A stretch of 64,000 bases of DNA from Candidatus Algichlamydia australiensis (GCA_033977065.1 JAXCHI010000003.1:128001-192000); one strand, 5' to 3'; positions 46,846 to 58,272 are shown, numbered from the stretch's first letter. Numbers and translations: made by a program. Notes: generated by a model not told the origin, from the sequence alone.

Positions 46846-49800
46846 ATGTTTAATACGATCATTCGAAATAGCTGGGATTCTTTGCAAGCATTTGGTAAAC
46901 AAGAGTTTACGCAAGCAAAGCGCACATTCTCTGTCAGCCCGGCATTGAATACGCTCCGCTCGATTTTTAACCGCGCTATTTCCTTCCTCCCCCATTTTAC
47001 AAAGGAGGCGGCATCTCACGAAACAGAAACTGAAAAAGATCCAGAACTTGCCGCATTTATAAAAGAGATCAAAGAAGCCCTCTACTCAAATTTTTCTATT
47101 CCTGATCTGCCGCGACACTCTTCGACACAAACCCGTATTAACTCGATTAAGGAAAAATCTTATCTAAGGCAAAAACACGATGCAATCAAAGTTGATCGCG
47201 AAGTACTCTCTGCATTTTTTGGTCATACACTTCAGCACCAAAAAAGTCCCTTTAATGCCGCGTTAACTTTTCTATCAGAATTTACAAACAAAAAAAAAGG
47301 GCAAAACCCTCTTAATTCAAATATTACCTCAGCTATTCGTAATGCCAAAGAGAGCGAACTCGAATTTACTGAAGAGATCAGAAATGATTCTATAAAAAAT
47401 GAGGAACAGAAAAGGCAGAGACTTTTGCGAAAAGCGCAGGATTTAGCTGACCTGATGCCCCTTCTTGAACAAGAAAGTCCATTTTTTATCTTCGGAAAAA
47501 CATCCCAAGAGGCAGCCTTCCAATCAACTCCTCTTACTGAGTATCTTTTCAAAGACATGCTTCCCGAAGAGTACCAAGATCTCTTAAAAAATGATGGTAA
47601 AGGCCTCTCTGAGAAAATCCAAGCTAAGATCTTAGAGGCGGTTATTTATCCAGAAGAGGGGGAAACTTCTTCCGACTCCCCTATTGCGCAGCTGAACCAA
47701 TACTACCAGACGATTATTACAAGAATTCAAGGCCCTATTACGGCAATCTTTCCGAAGAAATTATCTCAAACAATTATTGAGAAGACAAGTGAAAGTCTGC
47801 GAAGACGTATTTTTGGCAAATCATCTCAGGAAAGTGACAGAGTTTTGGCTGAGAAAGTATGGGCAGAGTTGCAAAACAACGGTCTTGAACAGACTCTTAA
47901 CCACCTTTTGCACGATGCTCTTGTAGAATCTCAAAGTCTAGTCATGGAGCATATCCAAGATATTGCGGAATCGTTTGTTCAAAAAATGGGCAAACCGATG
48001 ATGCAGGGGCTCTCCTCTTTCGGGATCAACCTGCAGCCTGATGAGAAGTATTGGATTGAGATTCAAAAGGGTAAAAATGGCAAATTTAACTTAATCCTCT
48101 ACTCAAACGATTTGGGGTCAAGTGTCCATCCCATGATTAAGAGTGGCAATAAAAAGGGATACCATCTTCCTCTTGTCTTTTCAAACATTGAAATTGGGAA
48201 CTTAAGTCAAAAATTTTTCTATCAACTGCTCGCATTTGAGGCGAGTCCTGCGTGGGGACAGGGAGTTTCATACACTTTAGCAGATCTTCATCAACACCTC
48301 CTTAATCATCTTGGCAGTCCTGATTCGGCAAGTAGTAATACGATTATTACCGATTCCCTCCGACCAACTGATCGTCCTGCTGATTTGTTAAATATTTATC
48401 TCCACTATCACTCCATCAAAGCGTCTCGTAATGATCAGATAAAAATGTCTCGTGATGAGTACACAAAACGCTACCAATACGAAATGCCTCTTAGCATTTT
48501 ACAAAACTACTGGCAAGAGGTAAAAAAAGATCAAAAGGTGCTGAAAAAGTTTACAGTCCGCACAGAGATAAAACGTCTTCTAAAAAAGCTTACCAGGTCT
48601 GCCCTTTCTCTTAATCATTTGAGAAAAGTCTCCGATGAGGAGTTAACTTCTCTTTACGGTACAGTCTTAGAGGTACAAGAAGCCTTTGATGCTACTGCAG
48701 AGAAAAAAGACCCTTACCCCACAAAGCCCTCCCTTGTTGTTCCCGAGCAGATGCAAGGCCCCATTGCTGAACTGATGAACAAAAGAGGTTTTACTCTCTC
48801 CCATGTAGAAGGCATTCGCTCGACACTTGTCGGAATTCTGGGAGATGAAATAGGAGGAGTCTTTGACTCTGTCTGCGATGAAGTCCTTCCTGAGCTTGCA
48901 CAAGATTCTGGCATTCAGATTAAAGGCCTTAAAAACTTTTCCTACGCCTCGTTGCGCAAAATTCGTGAAAATCTTGATTACACAGATTGGGATATTCTCA
49001 CCCCGTTCTTTGGCCTTGCCAAAACTCTCTCACTTCTTCTCACCTACACTTCTGTCAAACTGCAAGAGAGTCTCTTGGAAAAAATGTTGCTTAAATTTTT
49101 CCCCAAGCTAGCGGTCTACACTACCTTTACCAACCGCCACTTGGCGATGCTCCTCATCTACTTCGGTCCCTCCTTCTGCAAAGCCTACCTTCCTAAAGAT
49201 CTCTATGAAGGAGTCTTTGCTCTCTACGAGCTCTGCATTGAAATCTCTACCTATATCAAACGCCGTATCTACTTTTTGCTCATCCGCAGTTTTTTAAAAT
49301 ACGCACTCGGTAAAGAGAGAGTGGAGCAGGTCCACCGTGTTGCGGAAAAGTTATCTCAGCAGGTCACGCGCGAAGGAGAGCTCTCTTTTGACTTTCCCGA
49401 CGATGCTGCAACAAAAAAAGAATTTACAATCATTAAGCCACAACCAGTAGAGATCTCTTCGGAATCAACCCTTGAGGTAGCAGAAGCCCCAGAGTCAAGA
49501 GAACAAATCAATACTAGTAAACTTCCAAGACTTCGAGCCAATTCCTTTTCACAAGCTTTCCTTGATGCTTTCTCTAACAAAGCTTTTCTTAATTGTTACG
49601 AAGTTGACGCCTTCTGTCTTCGTTATTTTGTAAGAAAGGCAGAAGGCATTCAAAGTGAAGAGGTTGATCTAGAAGAAATTACAAATACTTCGCAACTACC
49701 GAGATTCCAAACTGATTTTTTTCCACTCGTTCTGGAGCTTTTACATCCTGGACGCCTTTTGTCATACCCCCGTAATTATTCACCTATCGACACTATTTTA

Positions 49801-52800
49801 GTAGAGCACCTTGATTATACTCGAACTGCCATTGAAGAACTTGAAAAAGATCAAGGACTGGGGCGTAGCAAAAAAAGACGCAAAGAGGAAGCTCTTTGGT
49901 ATCTTCATGAGTTTGCGCGTGCCCTTCCAGCTGGAGGTTTCCTCTGGAAAAATGTGAATTATCCTACCCTAGTCTTAGAGCGATTCCATACGATTCTCAG
50001 CCAATTCTCTAGACTTGTTCATGAAAAAGAGAACCTCACTCCAGAAGAGATTGCCGAAAATGTTGCCACGCATTACACCTTATATGCTGCAATTTTAGAA
50101 GTGGCAAAACTGGATCCACAATCCGGCTTAGGAAATCAGCTTCCGCCAACTGATCACTTGGGATACTTTCTACATAGCCCGGCATTGAAAATCTCAAACA
50201 AAAAAACCTATACTCAACTAATGCGGGTTGCTACCTATTTTGGTTGGGATCTAGATACACCCTACAAAGGTTACGATTTTGAAAAAGACCCTGAACGAAA
50301 AGAGTACGAAGGTAAAGATCTTACTTACAAGGGAGCTTCTTCGTGGTCGTGGGAATCATTTAATATAAGCCTACTCCCAGAGCTAGGAAGGCCTGTAGAA
50401 GGAAGCGCGGAAGAGAGTGTGGCAAAAAAAATTGCACTTTTTTCTCAGACTTTTCCTCTCTTCAGTAGGGAACAAATTTTAGAATCAGACCCTCCCTTAG
50501 AGCAATCTCTCCATTTACTAAAAAAGAAGCTACTGAAAGAGGAGAGAGTCGATCAGGTAAGCGATCTTTCTCAAAAGAAAAAAGATCAAATTGAAACCTT
50601 TAAGTGCCTCATGGAAGAGCACTCGGATAAAATGGATCCACGTAAAGGTATTCTTTCTCGCTCATTCTATGTAGCAAGGTTTGCTCACAAACTCTCTTTT
50701 GAAATCACTTCTTGGAGCCTACCTTCTAACGAGAGCTTTCATAAAAATGCTCATACCCTGGGGATGTATTCAGAAATTCACTATCCTTCGGTGACCCCCC
50801 AAAAAACTTTATGGGGGCGCACGATTGGTTCACTATTTTCAGGTGAAAAAGTGACAATTGGGATTTCCAACTTCAAAAGTAGCGGCAGCTCTGCTCATAA
50901 AAATAGCATTGGGTTAAGACTTCACAGTAACTCATCAGATGAGAGCTTAGCTATCGCGCGACACTCTCTTGCATTCCCTACCACAAAGTCGCAAAGCGAA
51001 CTCGTTTTTCATCCTACTGTCACTCTAGACAATGAAAATGAGAAAAAGGAAATTAAGAGAGATGAAGCTCAAGACCTTACAAGAGAAGAGACTTTTTTGA
51101 TCGAGATGATCAATCTCGATCCTTCCGATCAAATGATTCGTGCCATCAGCTATTTCGGTCTTGCTCTTCACCGCCTTGCAAAGCCTGAAAATCGCACTCT
51201 ACTTCGTCTCTATTTGCTCGATTTTAAAGCGGTAAATAAACAGCTAAGGCAAAGACGTGAAATCATTCAAGATTTAGGAGAATTTTTCCAAAAAAGTTGC
51301 GATTACTTTCTGCAGTTTGAAGATTTAGATGCTTTTTTAGAGATGTCAGAAATAGGTAGGGATTTATTCATGCACTGCGAGCGATTTGATCCCGATGTCG
51401 CTAAGTATTTTCCCGACTTCAAGAAGTTGATTCGAGAAAATAGAAAAGATCTTTGTAAATCTTATCCCTTTTTAATCAAACACTACTCAAATACAGAGCC
51501 CGATAGTGGAAATGATGAGGCAATGCTTGATATTGCACGAATTTTCTACTCCAATATTTGGGATCAGCCCATCGACCTTAAGTCAAATGTTCCCTACTTA
51601 TGGGAACCTCTGATCGTAGAAAAACTCCAGTCAAATCAAGAGTTCCGCAATCAGGTTTGTAAAGGGATTTTAGAAGATAGGGGTCAAGCCTCCCCTTCTG
51701 GAAATTGGGTGGGAGCATTTCCGAACTTCCGAAATGGTCAACATCAAATCACTTTAAAGGGAGTAGAACAACCAAGAGAAGTTGATCCCAAGACCCAAAT
51801 ACTGAATAGATTAAAAGTAGAATTGCATGAAGACTTAGGGAAATACCAGCAACAAAATCCCTCACGCTATGTTTTCCCAGAAAGCGGTATCACAGTAGAA
51901 TTTCAATCGGACCAGGAGCCTACTCTCACACGTAAAATAGATGGAAAAACCTTTCGATTTTTAAAGAATTACAAAAGAGATAGTTTTCCTTTTCTTCTCT
52001 CGACAGATAGCACGCTTTGGATAGAAGAGAAGACAGAGACTCCAATCATTCATGAAATGCGTAAGGGAGAAGCTGTCTCTACATTCCAAGCCAAAGAAGT
52101 TGAGGATGGACCCAATAGACGTGTGCTTGAAATCAAAAGTAGCAGTGAATACTCCCAGCATCTTACCGATCACGATCATAACCTCACTCTTTTAAGCGGG
52201 TTCCAACCTTTAGATAGCATTGAAATTTCTATAGAAGAGAGGAATCAGAAGAAGAGGATGAAACGTATTCGCTTCTCAAACCTTGGTCTCTCATTTGCCA
52301 TTAGAAATGGCCAAGCCTTTTCTGACGATGGAGCCACACCTGGATTCTCCATCAGCAAAAGACAGAAGCATCCCGCACTGCGGTCTCTGCCCAACTATCT
52401 TCTTCTTGAAAGCAGCGAAAACAAAAAAAAGGTTCATCTTACCCCCCTCCACATAGGCGAACTTACTGGCACCTACTTTCTTAAAAACATTGGAAAGATT
52501 CCCACTTCACCATTTGTAAAAAAACTTCTTATGGGTCTTGTAGAGAGCCCAATCAAAGAAGAGCGCAAATATTTAACTTACAATTTGGATGAAAATGGGA
52601 AGTTAGTTGGGACAGACGCTTACGCCATTACCTACCTGATCCTCTTCTATTTAGCGGATGGCAAATCAGAAAAAGCACTTGAGCAATTTGAAAAGTTAGA
52701 GATGATGGGGCGTATCACCCCTTTTCCTGCAGATCTCTTCACTTTAATTGACACCCTTACCTTTCTTCTGACCTTCTCAAAAGAAGAGAGGCTTAAAACC

Positions 52801-55800
52801 CTCCTTCTTAAAGTCGCTGCGCTGCGACAAGAGAATATCCTTCTACAACCGCACTCTTCCCCGATAGAAAAGAGCCCTTTTGAACCTTTTCGCTGGCTCA
52901 TCCTGCAAATATTCTATATGAACTATTTGAAAAACCATATAGAGGGCCTAACCGACTTTGATGAGATCTTCCTTCTTAAAGCGATCTCTTCTCAAAGCAA
53001 AGAGATAACAGAAGATCTTCTTAGCAAATTTAAATCCGATTTTTTTGTAATCAATTGGTTAAAAGAGATGGGAAGTAATTTTCTCTCTGAGCATCTCGTA
53101 ATGATTCCTCGTGTTGCTAAACGCTATCACGCCCTGCGGGAAAAACACGGAGAGGGAAGCCTATGGAGCCAACGAGCTGAATCCCTTTTCCTTCACCTCT
53201 TTTTTGGGAAAAAGGCGCCTCAGAGTTTGCAAATCGATTTAGAAGCTGGTACTCGTCTGCCTGAGCTCAAAATTCGAGCCAATCGCATCAATCAACTTTT
53301 TGAGTGCGTAAGAGAGTTTGAACTCAACGCCGCACTCCTTCATGCAAAAGATTCTATAAGTTACGAAACATTAAAGAGTCTTTTTTCAACAAATGATTTC
53401 ACTGATATTCCTATTCTTACTCCACCTTTGCTCACCCCCAATTTTATTAAAAAGAACTTCTTCTATCTCTACCATTTAGCACGCAATCAGCCGCCAAAAG
53501 GCTGGAAAAAAGATCGGGATAAAATGGAAAACTTCGAGGAACAGGTTAAAAGATTTGATGATCTCCTTCCCATGATTGTTGGACGATTTAACGATCCCAT
53601 GACACAAGCGCTCTTCATTATCTTGCAGACTGCCATCCATCGCTACACCGTACGAACACTTCCGAACGCCGAGTTACTACAAAATCTATTTACTCTTACG
53701 CAAGAAACCAAAGAGATAAAAAGTGAACTACTCTCGGTAACTGAAGAGCTTGAAAGTCTTGAGTCTGCCGGTAGCCAATTTTCAGATGAGTGGAGCGCCC
53801 TGTCCCAAAAAGAGAGAGAACTCAAGGACAAACTCAACGAAAGAAAATACGAAGAGAAAGATCCTGAAACTGTATTGAATGAACTTTTAGAAGGAATGCG
53901 CCTTACAACGCAGAATCTTTTTGCTCTTAAATCCATCGGAAAAGTAACCGGTCTTGATCAAGCCCTTTCAGGAAAAGGAGCACTGGAAATTCTAGCAGAG
54001 GTGGCTAAAAAAGCTGCAATGAAACTCTTTGCCAATGACCCTAGTCGTTTAGTGCAAACCGCTTCTCAACTAGGTGTAAATTTGGGGCTATTGGCAAGCA
54101 CTAATGTAAGCCACATCCTTAGAGAGGCATACAATGAAGAAAAAGAGGCGATTAGGAAGAGACTTCTCTTTGAAAAGAGTACTGTAATTGAAAACAAGGA
54201 ACATCCTTCTGCTCAATTAACAGAATCGATGGAGGAGAGAGAGTCTCACATCACTGCACAGCTACAAAAAACTTTTGATGAGTTTTTTGTAGCTGAAGAG
54301 CGATCTACTTCTCCTCCTGTCCAAGCAGAACCCTTTGAAATTTACTCAGATGGTGAAGAGTCCACAAAAGAGGCCTTTCAAGAGTTAAACAAAAGCTTAA
54401 AAGATTACTACGCCCGCCCCCACCTCAAAAAAACCTCTTACCGACTGAAAGAGGGTAAAAGAGAAAATGAACTCTTACACTGCCTAACTCAATTTCAAAA
54501 AGCCGCTTCTGCCCAAGTTGAAAAAGAGTGCGACTATATCACGCGTTACGTAAATGAACAAATACAAGAGGAGCAAATCGATATAAAAGTCGAGCTTGCA
54601 AGAAAGAAGATGAAACCTCAAATGCGTACTCTTACATTTGATGAGATCATCAAATTTTTCATTCAGGGTGAAGATGAAAAACTCTTGGGTAATAGAGGAG
54701 AAGAGATTACGGATGCCAAGAAAGAACAACTTCTTCACATAAAAGAACGTCTTTATCTCTATTTGATTACCACTTCGCGCCTACAATTCTTTTTTAGTAG
54801 ACTAAAAAGCTTTTCCAGCGACTCTCCTGAACTGCAGATACAAAAAATCGGTGAAGAGCTAAAACGCAAACGAGTCTACGGTTTTAAAGACCAGCCAGAA
54901 AGACTCATTCTTGGAAAACTCGCTTTCGAACTTTTCACGCCAACAATGCTTTGGGAAAAACCTGTGTCGCAGATCGATAAGATGCTCTTAAGCTCGCACT
55001 ATCGCCTCGTTCTTCAACTCATTATGGGAAGCGGAAAAACTTTCTACGGGATCCCGATTACCGCTTTCTATGCGGCAGATGGCAAGAACTTAATAACCAA
55101 CATATGGCCAAATGCAACAGTAGACGACCATACAAAAGCGACTGCAGAGCGATCCTACGCAGACTTTGGCCAAAAATCTGCTGCCTTAAATATTACCCGC
55201 AGAACATTTTGGGATAAAGAGTCACTTTCTGCCCTCCGCTATCAACTCTTAAGAGCACAGTCACAGCACGAGTATTTAAACTTAACTAAAGAGAGCGCAC
55301 AAGCCTTAGATCTCTCTCTTATAGAGAAAGGTTTAGAAGCTCTAAAGCTGCGCAAAGCAAATAGACCCGCTAGTAAGACAACAGAAGAGTTTGGGTATCT
55401 GCGTCGCACTCTTGCACTACTTCGTAAAAAGGGAAAAGCTAATTTCGAAGAAGCGCACATCGGTTTTCAAAGAAAAAAAGAGCTTAAATATCCTCTTGGA
55501 CCCTCAACAAAACTGCAAGAAAATTATGTTTCTCTCATATCTCAAATTTTTATGCTTCTTGTTGATGACCCTGAGTTGTTAGCAATCACCAAAATCAAAG
55601 CTCCTAAGCCAATCCCTATTCCAGAAAGTGTGTATAGAAGAGACGTTCTCCCTTCGCTTGCTCAAAAAGTCATAGATTTTTTTGATTGTTGGAAGCTTTC
55701 AGAGGAAGAAAAAGTGATTGTCCTCGACTATATTGAAGGACGGGCAAAAGAGATTCCTGAAGGTATTTTAAGCAACTCCCATTATAAAAAAGAGATTGAC

Positions 55801-58272
55801 CTTGCAAAGGGAACGCTCACTACCTTGATCCCCTTTGCTTTAGGGAAAACTCTCCACGTAGACTTTAACCCTTCAGAAAAAGGAGATGGTGAGTACGCCA
55901 AGCCGTCAGAAGGCAATAAAAACACTCAAGAGCGATCCTCTATCCGCAGTCCCTACGAAACAGTCGTAAAAACTGCAATTCAGCTCCTACATGATCGCCT
56001 TGGAGAAGAACAAATTCAACGTCTTATTGCTCACTGGAGAGATCAAGCCCGCTCATTTCAAACCAAAACTGGATTCGATAAAAATAAATCTGAAGAGGTC
56101 AAACTTTTTAAAAAAATCTGTGAAGGTTTTGATCTTTATACATTTACCAATGAAGAGAAAGAAGAGATTTACAGAAAGATAAGGGATAGCGATCAAGCAA
56201 CTCTTTATTATTTAACCCACATTATTTCCCCTGATATCCGTTACTTTCCTAGAAATATTTCAAGTAACTCAGCTAATGCCGCTTCAATGTTCTCTTCATT
56301 CTTCGGTGACACTGGTACCCCTTATAATACAGGCTCTTTTCCGATTGATACAAAAACTATTTATGATCCAGGAACAGATGGTGAGAGCGTTCACGAAATG
56401 GAGCGTGTAACACAAAAAGCTGAGAGCATTCAAGTCCTTAAAAATGAAGATCCTCAAAAGATTGTAAAAGAGATTATTGATGCCATTTTTGATAAGGATC
56501 ACAACATACGCGCCTTCATTGACCGCGGTGCTTGTGCAAATGGCATAGCAAGTATTGATGTAGCGCAAAAGCTCATAGAGTATATCGAAGAAAAACGCCC
56601 CGATCTTGATGGCGTCGTATTCTCTCATGAAGGTAAATTAAAAATATGGAAGAAGGGCTCCAAGAAACTTGTACCTTTTTCAAAAAGCACTATTTTTAAC
56701 AACCGCTATCTCGCCTATTTCCCGCAACCCCAAACATTTGGTACTGATATCCCACTCCCACCAAATGCAGTTGGAGTGGTATCAATTTCTACAACCACTA
56801 CTTTCAGTGAGTTAGCTCAGGCATTCTGGCGAATGCGGGGTATTGTTAAGCAGAATCAACGTGTTGTCTTTGTGATGACAAAAGAAGTAAAAGAAGCAAT
56901 TGGATCCGATTCTCCTAAAATGCGAGATATAATCACTTTTACGAAAAAAAATGAATCTATAAGCAATTGTGAAGACAACTATTTTGCCGACATTCTAAAA
57001 ATGCGCGATGTGGTTCGTTGCGCTGCACTTAGCAAAATACAAGAAGCCAAAACAGAAAAAGAAGCCCTTGATCTGCTCGAAGAATTTCAAGATTTATTTA
57101 TTGATGAAATCACACAAGATCCCTCCAAACTCTTTGGTTTAATTGATGCCTATGTCTCACCAGAAGAAGTTTTTAAAAAGTTACGCGACAATCTCAATGG
57201 AAGGATTCAACGCTCTAGCTTTACACCTGTGGAAAGAGTGATTTTGAAGGAGAAGTTAGAGCAAATTGGGACAGGACTCTACCCCGAAAAAGTTCACAGT
57301 TATACTAAAAATGGAGATTTAATTGTTGAACGCCTAGATGATTTAGGAGTAGATGCACAAGTCACTGTAAGTCAAAACTGTGATGTGGAGTTTGAAGAAA
57401 AGCAAGAACAGGAAGAAGAACAAGAGCAAGAGACGAATATAAATGTAGACGCTGAAAAAGAAAACGATATACCTGATGGCAAACCAAGACCCCAAACCTA
57501 TATGCCTTGGAAAGAGTGGCTCAATCCTACAAAAATTGACGACTGGTTTGAACCTGTCGAGCCACCTGGGGAATTTACTGTCTCTTCCACATTAATGGAC
57601 TTTATGGATATAGCAGCAGGAAGAGACTGGCAGAGCCATCACAGTGGAAATGTTGCGATTTTCCATATGAAAGATGTCTTAGGGCATGCAACCGCTGAAG
57701 AGAGCGTTGCAGTTGCAGAGACCTTTACCTCGATGATCTACTCGACCAATAACATCTCTTACATGATCTCCCCTGACAGAAGTAGAATAGAACCTCTGGG
57801 CTCTTATCAAGTTCCGCCACAAGAGGCTCTTGTGATTAAAAAAAATGGGAAAACAAGACTCTTATTACTCGACCAAAACGAAGCCAAATTTTGGCGCAGA
57901 AAACTACAAGAAGATCGCGAAAACCGGCACGAAAGAGATAAAGAGGTAAAAATTTGCTTGTTGGACATCTCTACACAAATGGTAGGCGCTCAAGGAAAAA
58001 ATACGTTTACCAAAGAAGAGCTGCAAAAAGTCGATCTACAACGCGCAATTGTCCAAGCCAAATTTATGCGTGGGGATGTGCATTACAGTGATGAAGAGCT
58101 AAAACGCTTAGCTCTTTGGCTAAAAAAAGAGACGAAGCCAAAAATGGACTTTTTCCACTATGTGCACCGGTTGCACAAGCGGAACTCCTATGGAGGAAGT
58201 CCTCTACAAACTTTGGTTCTCGAAATCGAGCAAGAGAAAGACACAGCAAAGAAAGTTCCCCTGCCTGCCTAG
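46846..58272 (+). CDS. Giant protein (3808 aa) with a DUF3638-like SF2 helicase/ATPase module
   Basis: QLIMGSGKT...AADGKNL (DUF3638-like as recalled), NFEEAH, GDTGTP, FIDRGA, QTFGTDI, QAFWRMRG and EQEEEQEQE motifs. Confidence 0.87.
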   Translation: MFNTIIRNSWDSLQAFGKQEFTQAKRTFSVSPALNTLRSIFNRAISFLPHFTKEAASHETETEKDPELAAFIKEIKEALYSNFSIPDLPRHSSTQTRINSIKEKSYLRQKHDAIKVDREVLSAFFGHTLQHQKSPFNAALTFLSEFTNKKKGQNPLNSNITSAIRNAKESELEFTEEIRNDSIKNEEQKRQRLLRKAQDLADLMPLLEQESPFFIFGKTSQEAAFQSTPLTEYLFKDMLPEEYQDLLKNDGKGLSEKIQAKILEAVIYPEEGETSSDSPIAQLNQYYQTIITRIQGPITAIFPKKLSQTIIEKTSESLRRRIFGKSSQESDRVLAEKVWAELQNNGLEQTLNHLLHDALVESQSLVMEHIQDIAESFVQKMGKPMMQGLSSFGINLQPDEKYWIEIQKGKNGKFNLILYSNDLGSSVHPMIKSGNKKGYHLPLVFSNIEIGNLSQKFFYQLLAFEASPAWGQGVSYTLADLHQHLLNHLGSPDSASSNTIITDSLRPTDRPADLLNIYLHYHSIKASRNDQIKMSRDEYTKRYQYEMPLSILQNYWQEVKKDQKVLKKFTVRTEIKRLLKKLTRSALSLNHLRKVSDEELTSLYGTVLEVQEAFDATAEKKDPYPTKPSLVVPEQMQGPIAELMNKRGFTLSHVEGIRSTLVGILGDEIGGVFDSVCDEVLPELAQDSGIQIKGLKNFSYASLRKIRENLDYTDWDILTPFFGLAKTLSLLLTYTSVKLQESLLEKMLLKFFPKLAVYTTFTNRHLAMLLIYFGPSFCKAYLPKDLYEGVFALYELCIEISTYIKRRIYFLLIRSFLKYALGKERVEQVHRVAEKLSQQVTREGELSFDFPDDAATKKEFTIIKPQPVEISSESTLEVAEAPESREQINTSKLPRLRANSFSQAFLDAFSNKAFLNCYEVDAFCLRYFVRKAEGIQSEEVDLEEITNTSQLPRFQTDFFPLVLELLHPGRLLSYPRNYSPIDTILVEHLDYTRTAIEELEKDQGLGRSKKRRKEEALWYLHEFARALPAGGFLWKNVNYPTLVLERFHTILSQFSRLVHEKENLTPEEIAENVATHYTLYAAILEVAKLDPQSGLGNQLPPTDHLGYFLHSPALKISNKKTYTQLMRVATYFGWDLDTPYKGYDFEKDPERKEYEGKDLTYKGASSWSWESFNISLLPELGRPVEGSAEESVAKKIALFSQTFPLFSREQILESDPPLEQSLHLLKKKLLKEERVDQVSDLSQKKKDQIETFKCLMEEHSDKMDPRKGILSRSFYVARFAHKLSFEITSWSLPSNESFHKNAHTLGMYSEIHYPSVTPQKTLWGRTIGSLFSGEKVTIGISNFKSSGSSAHKNSIGLRLHSNSSDESLAIARHSLAFPTTKSQSELVFHPTVTLDNENEKKEIKRDEAQDLTREETFLIEMINLDPSDQMIRAISYFGLALHRLAKPENRTLLRLYLLDFKAVNKQLRQRREIIQDLGEFFQKSCDYFLQFEDLDAFLEMSEIGRDLFMHCERFDPDVAKYFPDFKKLIRENRKDLCKSYPFLIKHYSNTEPDSGNDEAMLDIARIFYSNIWDQPIDLKSNVPYLWEPLIVEKLQSNQEFRNQVCKGILEDRGQASPSGNWVGAFPNFRNGQHQITLKGVEQPREVDPKTQILNRLKVELHEDLGKYQQQNPSRYVFPESGITVEFQSDQEPTLTRKIDGKTFRFLKNYKRDSFPFLLSTDSTLWIEEKTETPIIHEMRKGEAVSTFQAKEVEDGPNRRVLEIKSSSEYSQHLTDHDHNLTLLSGFQPLDSIEISIEERNQKKRMKRIRFSNLGLSFAIRNGQAFSDDGATPGFSISKRQKHPALRSLPNYLLLESSENKKKVHLTPLHIGELTGTYFLKNIGKIPTSPFVKKLLMGLVESPIKEERKYLTYNLDENGKLVGTDAYAITYLILFYLADGKSEKALEQFEKLEMMGRITPFPADLFTLIDTLTFLLTFSKEERLKTLLLKVAALRQENILLQPHSSPIEKSPFEPFRWLILQIFYMNYLKNHIEGLTDFDEIFLLKAISSQSKEITEDLLSKFKSDFFVINWLKEMGSNFLSEHLVMIPRVAKRYHALREKHGEGSLWSQRAESLFLHLFFGKKAPQSLQIDLEAGTRLPELKIRANRINQLFECVREFELNAALLHAKDSISYETLKSLFSTNDFTDIPILTPPLLTPNFIKKNFFYLYHLARNQPPKGWKKDRDKMENFEEQVKRFDDLLPMIVGRFNDPMTQALFIILQTAIHRYTVRTLPNAELLQNLFTLTQETKEIKSELLSVTEELESLESAGSQFSDEWSALSQKERELKDKLNERKYEEKDPETVLNELLEGMRLTTQNLFALKSIGKVTGLDQALSGKGALEILAEVAKKAAMKLFANDPSRLVQTASQLGVNLGLLASTNVSHILREAYNEEKEAIRKRLLFEKSTVIENKEHPSAQLTESMEERESHITAQLQKTFDEFFVAEERSTSPPVQAEPFEIYSDGEESTKEAFQELNKSLKDYYARPHLKKTSYRLKEGKRENELLHCLTQFQKAASAQVEKECDYITRYVNEQIQEEQIDIKVELARKKMKPQMRTLTFDEIIKFFIQGEDEKLLGNRGEEITDAKKEQLLHIKERLYLYLITTSRLQFFFSRLKSFSSDSPELQIQKIGEELKRKRVYGFKDQPERLILGKLAFELFTPTMLWEKPVSQIDKMLLSSHYRLVLQLIMGSGKTFYGIPITAFYAADGKNLITNIWPNATVDDHTKATAERSYADFGQKSAALNITRRTFWDKESLSALRYQLLRAQSQHEYLNLTKESAQALDLSLIEKGLEALKLRKANRPASKTTEEFGYLRRTLALLRKKGKANFEEAHIGFQRKKELKYPLGPSTKLQENYVSLISQIFMLLVDDPELLAITKIKAPKPIPIPESVYRRDVLPSLAQKVIDFFDCWKLSEEEKVIVLDYIEGRAKEIPEGILSNSHYKKEIDLAKGTLTTLIPFALGKTLHVDFNPSEKGDGEYAKPSEGNKNTQERSSIRSPYETVVKTAIQLLHDRLGEEQIQRLIAHWRDQARSFQTKTGFDKNKSEEVKLFKKICEGFDLYTFTNEEKEEIYRKIRDSDQATLYYLTHIISPDIRYFPRNISSNSANAASMFSSFFGDTGTPYNTGSFPIDTKTIYDPGTDGESVHEMERVTQKAESIQVLKNEDPQKIVKEIIDAIFDKDHNIRAFIDRGACANGIASIDVAQKLIEYIEEKRPDLDGVVFSHEGKLKIWKKGSKKLVPFSKSTIFNNRYLAYFPQPQTFGTDIPLPPNAVGVVSISTTTTFSELAQAFWRMRGIVKQNQRVVFVMTKEVKEAIGSDSPKMRDIITFTKKNESISNCEDNYFADILKMRDVVRCAALSKIQEAKTEKEALDLLEEFQDLFIDEITQDPSKLFGLIDAYVSPEEVFKKLRDNLNGRIQRSSFTPVERVILKEKLEQIGTGLYPEKVHSYTKNGDLIVERLDDLGVDAQVTVSQNCDVEFEEKQEQEEEQEQETNINVDAEKENDIPDGKPRPQTYMPWKEWLNPTKIDDWFEPVEPPGEFTVSSTLMDFMDIAAGRDWQSHHSGNVAIFHMKDVLGHATAEESVAVAETFTSMIYSTNNISYMISPDRSRIEPLGSYQVPPQEALVIKKNGKTRLLLLDQNEAKFWRRKLQEDRENRHERDKEVKICLLDISTQMVGAQGKNTFTKEELQKVDLQRAIVQAKFMRGDVHYSDEELKRLALWLKKETKPKMDFFHYVHRLHKRNSYGGSPLQTLVLEIEQEKDTAKKVPLPA

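Noticed and set aside
35685..58249. Numerous 60-110 aa antisense or alternate-frame ORFs inside the giant genes, and similar ones inside other genes
   Set aside because: Expected shadow ORFs with no motifs or translation signals.
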